Made by a program: the position numbers and the translations under genes. Shown here in pieces: positions 48,685 to 57,082 of a stretch of 64,000 nt of DNA; positions within the stretch are counted from its first letter, which is position 1, and each line of letters begins with the position of its first letter. The DNA is from Acidimicrobiia bacterium (lineage in GTDB: Bacteria; Actinomycetota; Acidimicrobiia; Spongiisociales; ZC4RG35): NCBI GenBank assembly GCA_040510135.1, contig JBEVJN010000077.1, positions 249 to 64,248 of the forward strand, read 5' to 3'. The notes under the pieces were generated by a model. It was not told the DNA's origin. It did no database searches and saw only the letters and a program-made list of their open reading frames with translations.

Positions 48685-50439
48685 ATGCATGTCTGCCTCG
48701 TCGCTCGAAATCGGTTCCACAACGACCGCCATGCCCTTTCACTGCACCGCGCTCTGAGCGCGGCAGGACACAGGGTGTCCGTGGTAGCAGTCGAGAATCG
48801 ACCGGCCGCCGGGTTGGTCGACACAACCGTTCCCAACAACGTGCCGGTCGGCCTCGGTCCGATCGGGTCGGCTCTACGCAGGGCTCGCCCGAAGTCTCGG
48901 CGAGAGGCCGGAATCATCCGTCGGCTGTCGGACGCGGCTGCGGCGACCGGTGCCACAACTTTCGTGCCAACCCACTCCAGCGCCGTCGCCGCGGCTGTGG
49001 CCGCCGCCCGGGTCAACCAGGGCACAGTGCTCCGGCAACCTCAAATGGAGTGCCCGCCCGACGTCGATTTGATCGCGATCGCCCCGACCCGGCCCGACCT
49101 GGCGGCTCCGGTGTTGGGGTTCGGCTCGTTCCAGACACCGGACGATCGTCGCGCGCCGTATTCCCCGGTTCCCGACCGTCACCAAGGTCGAAGAGTGATC
49201 ATCTGTTACCGGAAGACCGACTCCAATCCGGGCAAGTACCTCGAGTCGGCTCTCCGGAGAAGCGGGGCTGACGTCCAGCTGGAAAAGGTGGGCATCGACC
49301 TGGACAGCGTCGATGCCGGAACTGACCTGATCGTCTTCGTGGAAGGCCCATACCCGGCGCTCGAAGTGACGGGCGCGACCGAAGTTCCCACCCTCTTCTG
49401 GGCGCACCACGGGGAGCACCACCTCCACACCAATCTGCGGCTGGCCAACCGATACCGGGCGGACGGAGTCCTCCTCGCCCACTCCTGGCACCTGGCTCCG
49501 TGGTTCCCTGCCCCCATTTATCGCTTTCCGTTCGGTGTGGCGACCGAGGTGCTCGATCCCAGTCTTCGATTGAAGGACCGACCCTTCGATGTGGCCTTGG
49601 TCGGAGCCAAACTCTGGGAGGGTGGCCCCTATGGCAGGCGACAGGAGATCGTGCGGGACCTGGAGGCGTCGTTCCCGGCGCATCGACTCGCCTTCGGCGA
49701 GAAGGTCACCGCCGACGTGATGGCCGACATGTATGCCAGGGCTCGGATCGTCGTGAACGAGGGCGGCACCAGGCACTTCCCCATCACGATGCGAGTCCTC
49801 GAGGCTGTAGGCAGCGGGGCGGTGCTCCTCTCTGATCATCTCCCCGGCATGGAGATGATGTTGGAGCCAGAGGCCGAATACGCCGTGCTGAGCCCGGACG
49901 TCGTCAAAGACGTCAGGGAGCTCCTCTCCGACCCGGGGGCAATGCAGGACATGGCCGACCGGGCTTTGACCCGGTCGCTGGGTATCAACACTTATGACCA
50001 TCGGGTAGACGAGCTGTTCCAGATCGCAGCGGAGGTCGAGAAGCGGGATATCCCGGCTATCCCCGAACTGGAGCCAATGGCGGAGCTGATCCGGCGCGAC
50101 GCCGAGGTCCAGAAAGTGGTCGAGTTCGGGGCGCCCGAGCTGGTTGGGGCGCTACCCGATCGTGAGATCTGGGGAGCCACCGAGATCAGCCGGCACCGCC
50201 TGCGCCCTCGCAATCTCGAGGCGGCGGCGGTTCGTCAGGGTGGAGACCCGGACCTCATGGAAAAAGTGCTGGCGAGCGCCAGGCGATACATCTACGTCGA
50301 CGGGCCCTTCGACGGGCTGGACGAATTCGTCGAAGCCCAGCATCCGAACGCCGTCGTGTCTCAGCATGGCAGCGCTCGCCGGTACGACCTGATGGCGGAG
50401 GCATATCGCATCATGCCCCATGAGGTCGTCACCGAGTGA
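48685..50439 (+). CDS. CgeB-like glycosyltransferase (DUF3880 + GT1-like C-terminal domain) with an N-terminal extension
   Basis: The C-terminal half (RIVVNEGGTRHFPITMRVLEAVGSGAVLLSD...) resembles the spore-maturation CgeB GT family. The assignment is tentative. Confidence 0.45.
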   Translation: MHVCLVARNRFHNDRHALSLHRALSAAGHRVSVVAVENRPAAGLVDTTVPNNVPVGLGPIGSALRRARPKSRREAGIIRRLSDAAAATGATTFVPTHSSAVAAAVAAARVNQGTVLRQPQMECPPDVDLIAIAPTRPDLAAPVLGFGSFQTPDDRRAPYSPVPDRHQGRRVIICYRKTDSNPGKYLESALRRSGADVQLEKVGIDLDSVDAGTDLIVFVEGPYPALEVTGATEVPTLFWAHHGEHHLHTNLRLANRYRADGVLLAHSWHLAPWFPAPIYRFPFGVATEVLDPSLRLKDRPFDVALVGAKLWEGGPYGRRQEIVRDLEASFPAHRLAFGEKVTADVMADMYARARIVVNEGGTRHFPITMRVLEAVGSGAVLLSDHLPGMEMMLEPEAEYAVLSPDVVKDVRELLSDPGAMQDMADRALTRSLGINTYDHRVDELFQIAAEVEKRDIPAIPELEPMAELIRRDAEVQKVVEFGAPELVGALPDREIWGATEISRHRLRPRNLEAAAVRQGGDPDLMEKVLASARRYIYVDGPFDGLDEFVEAQHPNAVVSQHGSARRYDLMAEAYRIMPHEVVTE

Positions 50440-52934
50440 CAGAGGGAGTGCAACCGCACAACGTCAACGAGGTTGCTCCCGATCCGACCGGGGCATCCGA
50501 CCTTCGAGTGGCCGTAGTCATCCCCGCCTACAACCGACCGGCGCTCCTTGCTCGGACTCTCACCTCACTGGCGGACCAGACCGACACGTCGGTGTTCGAA
50601 GTTCATGTCGGCGACGACGGGTCAAAGGAGGATATTCGTGGCGTCGTCGAGTCCGTCGAGGGGCTGGACGCCCATTACCACTTTCAATCGCACGACGGTT
50701 TCGGGGCGGGCCGGGCCCGCAATATGGGCGCAGCTCACGCCAACGCCGACGTGCTCCTCTTGCTCGACTCAGACTGCATCGTCCCCCCTGATTTCGTCGA
50801 ACGGCACCGGGCTTGGCACGGGTCGTCCTCGCTGTCGGTGGTGATCGGGGGCCGATCCAACCCCCCCGACCAGACCTCAGGGGAGGCGGAGCACTACCGG
50901 AGCAGATTGCTCCGCAGGTCGGCCGGTCTCCAACACGGCGGCGAGGCGTTTCGGGCGTTCGTCTCCTCGAACGTCTCCATCCGCCTGCCCTTCTTCCGTG
51001 AGCTGGGGGGATTCGATGAGCGTTTTCGCTGGTGGGGAAGCGAGGACACAGAATTGGGCTGGCGGGCCTGGCAGGCCGGCGCCTCTTTCGTGTTCGACCC
51101 AACGCTCGAGATCGAGCACCAACTGGATCAGGACTCGGCCGGTGGACCCGCGGGCAGAAAAGAAGCGCGGAGACTCAACTCCGGACTGATGACGAGTCTC
51201 GTGCCGCACCATTTCTATCGGAAGCAGCCTCCGCCCACGATCCCGGAGAACCCAAAGCTCTCAATTGTCCTGTACGACGTCCCGATCGGTGCCCTGGAAC
51301 CCACTTGGAAATTGTTGGTCGCCCAGCCGCGGACAGACTTCGAGCTGGTCGTGGTCGCCAATCCCGACGATCACGATCCTTTCGCAGGAGCAACCATCGG
51401 CGACCAGCGCATCCGGTTCAGCACCTCGGTCGAAGAAGCGACGTCGTCGTCCGCCAGTGAATACATCTGCTACTTGAACGGCCATGGAGCACCCTCCGAT
51501 GCGCTGTTTCCGGAGATGATCAAGCGGCTCGACCAGCGCCCGGAGTACGTGTCAGCGACGACCGGGTACGCGCTGCCGGCCGATCAGGGTGGGGCCGTGC
51601 GGACCCAGAACGGGGCGGCCACGGTCGACATGGGATGGCAGTCGGACATGCCGCTCTGTTGGTTCATACGGAAACGAGAGACCGCGAAGCTGATGCGGCA
51701 AGGCGCAGGAATCGCGGAGATCTGGCGAACCGCCAAAGAATGGGACCTGAATCGGCATTGGCCATCAGCAGCAGTTCGGCTACCCGGGCTCGAAAGAGCA
51801 GAGCGCCCGGCTGACTTCACCAACGTCTCACCCGACCCGCGTCGGCTGGCCAAGGACCTGGTCAAGAATCCCCGTGACGCGGTGGCCACAACCGCGAGAT
51901 TCGTCGCCGCCAGACGAAACGGGACTACATACGCACCGGTGCCCCAGGCCGCCCGATCCACCACCGTAAGCCCCGAACGCCCTCAGGCCCGCTACGTCGG
52001 ATGGACAGGTAGGTTCAACCTCGGTGACGACATCATGGTCGACTGTGTGCGGGAGCTTCTCGACTGGGCGGACATAGTCGAGTCTGGTGACCCACAGGAT
52101 CTGATCATCCTCGGCGGCGGAACGTTGATCAACCGGCGCACCTACCTGCGCTGGGTATCCGAGCGTGACTCACCCCGCATCGAGCGGGCGACACTGGGGA
52201 CGGGAGTTGCCAGCCCTGACTTCTGGGGTCTGACCGAGGACCCCAAACGGTGGGTTCGCTGGTTGTCGAGTTGCGCCTACGTCGGTGTCCGCGGCCCCCA
52301 ATCCGCGGAAACACTGAGGTCGTGGGGCTACAGGGGCGAGATTGAGGTCTGTGGTGACTCGGCGCTTCTCGTCACCCCGGGCCCCGAGGTCGAACGGAAA
52401 GCCGGTCGAGTGGTCGTCGCTCCGGCTTGGACCAAAGGCGAGCTCTGGGGTGGCTCCGACAGCGATGTAATCGAAGCCCTGGCCGGTGCGATCGAGCGAT
52501 GGAAGCACGACGGCAGAGAGGTGGTGTGCCTTGCCTCCAGCCCCGAGGACGATGGCCAGATTCTCCAGCTGAGCAGGGCGACCGGGGGTGAAGTGCTTCC
52601 ATACCTAGCCGGATATGTGGACAATCAGGCAGCGATCGACCTGATCGGCTCCGCCGAGGTTGTCGTCGGCGAGCGGCTCCACGCTTGCATCCTGGCGGCC
52701 GCGGTGTCGACGCCATTCATCGGCATCGAGTACCGCCCCAAACTGAAGGATTTCGCCGAGTCGGTGGATCGCGGAGATCTCGTGGTCCGCACCGACACCC
52801 TGTCCGGTGAGTCGATCGTCGAACTCGCGGCCGAAGCGACGAGCCGCGGCACGGAAGCGGCCGACTTGCGCGTTGCCGTCTATCGCGATCGCCTGCGGCA
52901 GGCATCGGCCTCCCTGCAGAAGGCCTTGCGCTGA
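50436..52934 (+). CDS. Tri-domain fusion: GT2 + GT2 + polysaccharide pyruvyl transferase (CsaB/WcaK/EpsO family, PF04230-like)
   Basis: Domain 1 VAVVIPAYNRPALLARTL...DSDC (GT2). Domain 2 LSIVLYDVPIGALEPTWK... (second GT-A). The C-terminal ~330 aa reads YVGWTGRFNLGDDIMV...ILGGGTLIN...YVGVRGPQSAETL...CGDSALLV...VVGERLHACILAAAVSTPFIGIEYRPK. This is the G..G.FN.GD / ILGGG / VRG..S pyruvyltransferase pattern. Confidence 0.65.
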   Translation: MTEGVQPHNVNEVAPDPTGASDLRVAVVIPAYNRPALLARTLTSLADQTDTSVFEVHVGDDGSKEDIRGVVESVEGLDAHYHFQSHDGFGAGRARNMGAAHANADVLLLLDSDCIVPPDFVERHRAWHGSSSLSVVIGGRSNPPDQTSGEAEHYRSRLLRRSAGLQHGGEAFRAFVSSNVSIRLPFFRELGGFDERFRWWGSEDTELGWRAWQAGASFVFDPTLEIEHQLDQDSAGGPAGRKEARRLNSGLMTSLVPHHFYRKQPPPTIPENPKLSIVLYDVPIGALEPTWKLLVAQPRTDFELVVVANPDDHDPFAGATIGDQRIRFSTSVEEATSSSASEYICYLNGHGAPSDALFPEMIKRLDQRPEYVSATTGYALPADQGGAVRTQNGAATVDMGWQSDMPLCWFIRKRETAKLMRQGAGIAEIWRTAKEWDLNRHWPSAAVRLPGLERAERPADFTNVSPDPRRLAKDLVKNPRDAVATTARFVAARRNGTTYAPVPQAARSTTVSPERPQARYVGWTGRFNLGDDIMVDCVRELLDWADIVESGDPQDLIILGGGTLINRRTYLRWVSERDSPRIERATLGTGVASPDFWGLTEDPKRWVRWLSSCAYVGVRGPQSAETLRSWGYRGEIEVCGDSALLVTPGPEVERKAGRVVVAPAWTKGELWGGSDSDVIEALAGAIERWKHDGREVVCLASSPEDDGQILQLSRATGGEVLPYLAGYVDNQAAIDLIGSAEVVVGERLHACILAAAVSTPFIGIEYRPKLKDFAESVDRGDLVVRTDTLSGESIVELAAEATSRGTEAADLRVAVYRDRLRQASASLQKALR

Positions 52935-52948
52935 CCGGGCCGGCGCCT

Positions 52949-54358
52949 CTGCGCATTCTCCTCGTCACCAGCAATGGTTGGGGGCTGGGGCATCTGACCC
53001 GCCAGCTCGCAATCGCCCTCGCCATTGGCGATCGGGCGGAGACGACCATGTTCTCCCTCTCCCCCGGATTTCCCCTCGCCATGGACTTTGGGGTCAGGGG
53101 TGAGTACTGCCCGAGCTTCACGACACAGTTCATCGTGCGAAAGGAATGGGACAACTATCTCCAGGACCGGCTGGCGGCTTTCGCCGATGAAGTGCGGCCC
53201 GACGTGATGTTGTTCGACGGTGTCGCGCCATATTCCGGGTTCATGCGGGCCATCGCTCAGCTACCCGACTGCGTCGTGGGCTGGCTGCGTCGTGGCATGT
53301 GGCGCGAGGGATCCAACGAGCATCAGCTTCAGAAAACAGCCGGGTTCGACTTCGTGATCGAGCCCACCGATCTAGCGTCGGACGTCGACACGGGCGCCAC
53401 CATCGGCGCCGAGGCGCTGCGGGTGCCGCCAATCAGCCTGCTAGAGGTGATGGACCAACTCGATCGGGAGACCGCGGCGCGTGAGCTCGGCATCGACCCG
53501 CATCGCCCGACACTTCTGTTGACTCTGGGCTCGGGCCGGCTAGGTGATGTAGCCGGGCCTGGCTCTACCGCCCTCGATGTGGCCCTGGGTGACACGGACT
53601 GGCAGGTGGCTGTGACCAATTCCCCGGTCGCGGTGAATTTGGTCCCCTTGGTCGAGGATTCACGGGTGATCGAGATCAAAGGGGTGTACCCGCTGCTCCG
53701 CTACTTCAAAGCGTTCGATGCCACGGTGAGTGCCGCCGGATACAACTCGGTGCATGAGCTGGTCCCGGCAGGGGTTCCCACCCTGCTCATCCCCAATACC
53801 TCGAGCAAGACCGACAACCAAGAGGGACGCGCTCAATACCTGGCCGACCTCGGTGTCGCCCTGTCTGCCCGTGACGACGATCTGAGGGCGGTCGCGAGAG
53901 AAACCGCGCGCCTCCTCGACCCGGCGGTTCGGGCCGAGCTGATCGATAACCACCAGACGAGCGGAGTCGCCGACCGCGTCGGCGGCGCCAAAGCAGTCGC
54001 TTCCGAGCTCTTGAAGCCTCCGCAACCCTCGGGACGGGAGCGGGCGCAGACCCATTGGGACGCGCCGCTATCGAGTCGAATCGCCGGAGCGCTTCTCGGT
54101 GAGAAAGGGAAAGCCACGGTCAAGCGGCTGCTTGGCCGCACCGTTCCCGACTACACGACCGAACGACGCCGGGTCCGCCTCGGTGATAAGGAAGCCACAC
54201 CGGAGCGCGGGATCCTGCGCCTGTTGGTCACTAGCGAGCGTGACCGGATCGATCCACGTGCCGCCTATCCGATCGAGCATGTACTGAAGGGGTCAACACC
54301 GGGCTACCGACAACGCCGCATGGAGATAGTCGAGAAGTATTACGAGGTGCTCGAATAG
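52949..54358 (+). CDS. MurG-like/GT28-type GT-B UDP-glycosyltransferase. Its conserved N-terminus lies upstream of the first ATG (53048), so the likely start is CTG at 52949.
   Basis: In frame upstream of the ATG at 53048 the sequence encodes RILLVTSNGWGLGHLTRQLAIALAIGDRAETT. This is the canonical GT-B N-terminal glycine loop. The C-terminal AGYNSVHELVPAGVPTLLIPN is of MurG/Glyco_tran_28_C type. There is no ATG/GTG/TTG in frame between the upstream stop (52808-52810) and 53048. Confidence 0.55.
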   Translation: MRILLVTSNGWGLGHLTRQLAIALAIGDRAETTMFSLSPGFPLAMDFGVRGEYCPSFTTQFIVRKEWDNYLQDRLAAFADEVRPDVMLFDGVAPYSGFMRAIAQLPDCVVGWLRRGMWREGSNEHQLQKTAGFDFVIEPTDLASDVDTGATIGAEALRVPPISLLEVMDQLDRETAARELGIDPHRPTLLLTLGSGRLGDVAGPGSTALDVALGDTDWQVAVTNSPVAVNLVPLVEDSRVIEIKGVYPLLRYFKAFDATVSAAGYNSVHELVPAGVPTLLIPNTSSKTDNQEGRAQYLADLGVALSARDDDLRAVARETARLLDPAVRAELIDNHQTSGVADRVGGAKAVASELLKPPQPSGRERAQTHWDAPLSSRIAGALLGEKGKATVKRLLGRTVPDYTTERRRVRLGDKEATPERGILRLLVTSERDRIDPRAAYPIEHVLKGSTPGYRQRRMEIVEKYYEVLE

Positions 54359-54362
54359 TGGA

Positions 54363-55457
54363 CTACGGCATGGCCCGGACAAAGAAGGTGGCCATCTGTG
54401 ACCGCTTCAGCGGCATGTCCGGACAGAAGTTGGTATTGGCGGGTGGATTGCACCCCATTGTGACGCCATGGGCGGCGAGGGCATTGATCGAGTCTTCGAA
54501 CCGGTTGCCCTCATCGTCGACGAAGTAGTTAGTGGCTGTCGGGTTGTCGTAGCCGAAAGCCCGAACCAGCAACTCCGCCATCTCGTGGCGAAGGAGCGAA
54601 ACACTGGGACAGAACTCGGTCTTCGTGCAACCGAACCCGATTCCAGCCGCCTCGATCGCACGGATCGCCGGCTCGAACTTGTTGCCGGCGACGTCGGTAT
54701 ACGGGATATCCCCGCCCTCGGGCAAATCGAGAGCGCGAGCGATGAATGCTGCCATCTGCCCGCGCGTAATCTGATCTTCGGGGCAGAACATGTTGTTGAG
54801 CGGCGGGTTGCATCCGAGTGTGATCCCGCGTTGCGCGATGATCTCGATGTTTTTCTCGTGGACGTTGCCGTCGTCATCGCGGAAACGCCCATCCCAGCCA
54901 CCAGCCGCGTTGACCAGGTACGGGTAGGCATCGATCGCTGTCCCGTTCTTGCGCAATTCGAAATGCAGGTGTGGGACCGTCTCCGCCGCATTCCCGGAGT
55001 CACCGGCCCAGCCGATGACCTGACCACGCTTGACCGCGACGCCTTCGACGAGGCCCGCGGCAATCCCCCATCCCTCGCCGTCGGTGTTGTCGATGTAGTT
55101 CCCGGCGGCGTCCTTCTTGTCGTCATTCAGATGGATGTAGCGCGTGACCCATCCGCCGCCATGGTCGATACCCACATAGCAACAGTCCGAAGGCCCCGAG
55201 CTGATCCAGCTGATGGTGCCGTCGGCTACGGCGAGGACTGGCACACCTTTGGCCGTCATGATGTCGACGCCCTCGTGGGTCCTGGAGCACCCAGATCCTC
55301 GGCAATCGCCGAAACTGTCGGTCAGCCGATACTCCCCGTCGAGGGGGAAGGTCATGGCACTTGGATCAAAGGGTGCTGCAAGAGCGGGCGCGGTCGTAGG
55401 CAGCAAAGACCCGAAGGCCAACACGAGCCCCGCTAACAAACGCGTCGAAAACTTCAC
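54363..55457 (-). CDS. Secreted M23-family peptidoglycan endopeptidase with three C-terminal SLH-like repeats (GTG start)
   Basis: Signal peptide, M23 motifs (HEGVDI...HLHFE), then 3 SLH-like repeats (GITLGCNPPLNNMFCPEDQITRGQMAAFIARAL...). Confidence 0.85.
   Translation of the reverse strand: MKFSTRLLAGLVLAFGSLLPTTAPALAAPFDPSAMTFPLDGEYRLTDSFGDCRGSGCSRTHEGVDIMTAKGVPVLAVADGTISWISSGPSDCCYVGIDHGGGWVTRYIHLNDDKKDAAGNYIDNTDGEGWGIAAGLVEGVAVKRGQVIGWAGDSGNAAETVPHLHFELRKNGTAIDAYPYLVNAAGGWDGRFRDDDGNVHEKNIEIIAQRGITLGCNPPLNNMFCPEDQITRGQMAAFIARALDLPEGGDIPYTDVAGNKFEPAIRAIEAAGIGFGCTKTEFCPSVSLLRHEMAELLVRAFGYDNPTATNYFVDDEGNRFEDSINALAAHGVTMGCNPPANTNFCPDMPLKRSQMATFFVRAMP
54366..54905 (-). repeat. Three tandem SLH-like Cys-variant repeats at the C-terminus of the M23 peptidase
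   Basis: Same consensus as in the other four proteins. Confidence 0.7.
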
Positions 55458-55705
55458 GCCGAACCGGTATCGGCGCTCCTACCCGGACTCTTGAATCTTC
55501 GGAAGACGGACCTCCCATCGCGCTCTTTGCCAATATCGCCAACGGCGCGTACGGGTAGACCCATGCCTTCCTCCTCTGTAGAGCCGGCGGCGACGGTACC
55601 CCGTGTGCCCCCGATTCAAACATCGGACTCTGACCGACCTAGGGCGTTGGAGCTTCAGTACGCTCGTCCAACCGGTCAACTCGGCCGAGAGTCAGGGGGA
55701 TAGTC

Positions 55706-56428
55706 TTGAGAAAGTCCACCATTCTCGCTGTGGTCGTCGCCGTCCTGATGGCTGTGCCGCTCACGCTGTACGCGTCACATCAATTTCAGGACGTCCCTGA
55801 CTCTCACACGTTCCATACCGCGATCGACTTCATGGCTGCCAACGGGATCACTCAAGGGTGCAACCCGCCGGCCAACACCAACTACTGCCCCGAAGATCCA
55901 GTCACGCGGAGTCAGATGGCCGGCTTCTTGAAGCGTTTCCATGACACCTTTATCGCCGGCAGTGGAACCGGGCTTGGTGCTGCCGTTCGTCCCCAGAGTG
56001 CACCCCCTGATCCTGGCAATGGTGTCGTCGATGACCTGACTTTGAATCTCCACGTTCCGCAGGCGGGCGTCCTCGTGGTCACAGGGAGCCTGCAAATGGC
56101 GAACTTCTCGGAATTGGATGCGTTCTCTTGTGGCATCAACTTCGGCTCCGCACCCAGCACCGCTAAGAGCGATTCCTGGCGTGATATCGACCTGACGGCT
56201 AGTTTCCTCGCCTCATGCGATACGATCACCGCTATCGAGGTGGGGCCAGGAACTCAACCTGTTCGGCTTGTGATTTCGGGCGCAGCACCAACCACTGAGG
56301 CTCTGCAAGGTGGTATGACGGCGGTCCTGTACACGTTCGGAGGGTCTTTTGGCCTCCTCGGCACAGCCACCGATGCCACCGAGGCACGGTCTTTGAGCGA
56401 CATCCCGAAGAGCGCCGCCGCCGGATAG
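55706..56428 (+). CDS. Secreted protein with a single N-terminal SLH-like repeat and a C-terminal domain of unknown function
   Basis: Signal/TM (ILAVVVAVLMAVPLTLYA), then FQDVPDSHTFHTAIDFMAANGITQGCNPPANTNYCPEDPVTRSQMAGFLKRF (one SLH-like copy), then an ~150-aa Gly/Ala/Thr-rich domain. Confidence 0.6.
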   Translation: MRKSTILAVVVAVLMAVPLTLYASHQFQDVPDSHTFHTAIDFMAANGITQGCNPPANTNYCPEDPVTRSQMAGFLKRFHDTFIAGSGTGLGAAVRPQSAPPDPGNGVVDDLTLNLHVPQAGVLVVTGSLQMANFSELDAFSCGINFGSAPSTAKSDSWRDIDLTASFLASCDTITAIEVGPGTQPVRLVISGAAPTTEALQGGMTAVLYTFGGSFGLLGTATDATEARSLSDIPKSAAAG

Positions 56429-56459
56429 CCGGACACCCACAACTCTCGTCGATCCGGCT

Positions 56460-56478
56460 GGCCGGTAGCTTGCCGGCC
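56460..56478 (+). terminator. Perfect GC hairpin GGCCGG-TAGCTTG-CCGGCC between the SLH-protein gene and the downstream methyltransferase (no U-tract)
   Basis: 6-bp GC stem with a 7-nt loop, 32 nt after the stop at 56428. Actinobacterial terminators often lack U-tails. Confidence 0.3.
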
Positions 56479-56509
56479 CTCCCGGGTCCACAATCCGGAG
56501 GGTCACGCC

Positions 56510-57082
56510 TTGACAAACAACGGACATCGCCGTGTTGCGATCTTCAGCCGGTTGCTGGCGCTCTTTTCTCCCGGACGCCTCATCGATCTCGGGGCGGGCC
56601 ACGGCAAGTTCTCAATGGTTGCAGCCAAGGCAGGTTGGGAGGTCATGGCGGTTGACGCCCGTACGGAGCGCAACACCGCTGCACCTGGCGTGACCTGGGT
56701 CGAGGGTGATGTGCGCGACGTCGACCTTGAAGGCTACGACCTGGTGGCGTGTCTCGGGCTCTTCTATCACCTCACGGCCGAGGACCAGCTCGATCTCCTG
56801 GCCAGATGCAAGGGAGTTCCATTGATCATCGACACCCACCTCGCCAATGGGCTGTCCACCCACCCATTAGGCGAGGAAGTCGAGCTCCAGGGGTACACGG
56901 GGCGTGTCTATCACGAAGGGACGGGCCTGCTCTCGTCGTGGGGGAATCAGCAGTCTTTCTGGCCGACACCGGAATCGTTTCACCAAATGCTGGATCAGGC
57001 CGGTTACAACTTCGTGCTCGCCGTAGAGCCCTGGTACCTGCCAGATCGCACCTTCTTCCTCGCTCTGTCGAAATCGTCCTAG
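56510..57082 (+). CDS. Class I SAM-dependent methyltransferase
   Basis: LIDLGAGHGKFSMVAA (motif I) and DLVACLGLFYHL (motif II/III). Confidence 0.7.
   Translation: MTNNGHRRVAIFSRLLALFSPGRLIDLGAGHGKFSMVAAKAGWEVMAVDARTERNTAAPGVTWVEGDVRDVDLEGYDLVACLGLFYHLTAEDQLDLLARCKGVPLIIDTHLANGLSTHPLGEEVELQGYTGRVYHEGTGLLSSWGNQQSFWPTPESFHQMLDQAGYNFVLAVEPWYLPDRTFFLALSKSS

Noticed and set aside
43290-55457. Apparent dispersed nucleotide repeats (GGGCAGAA..GTT..GG.GGGTTGCA.CC.AG.GT.AT.CC and reverse complements)
   Set aside because: These recur because they encode the conserved GCNPP...FCP core of the SLH-like protein repeats. They are not mobile-element or intergenic repeats, and flanking codons diverge.
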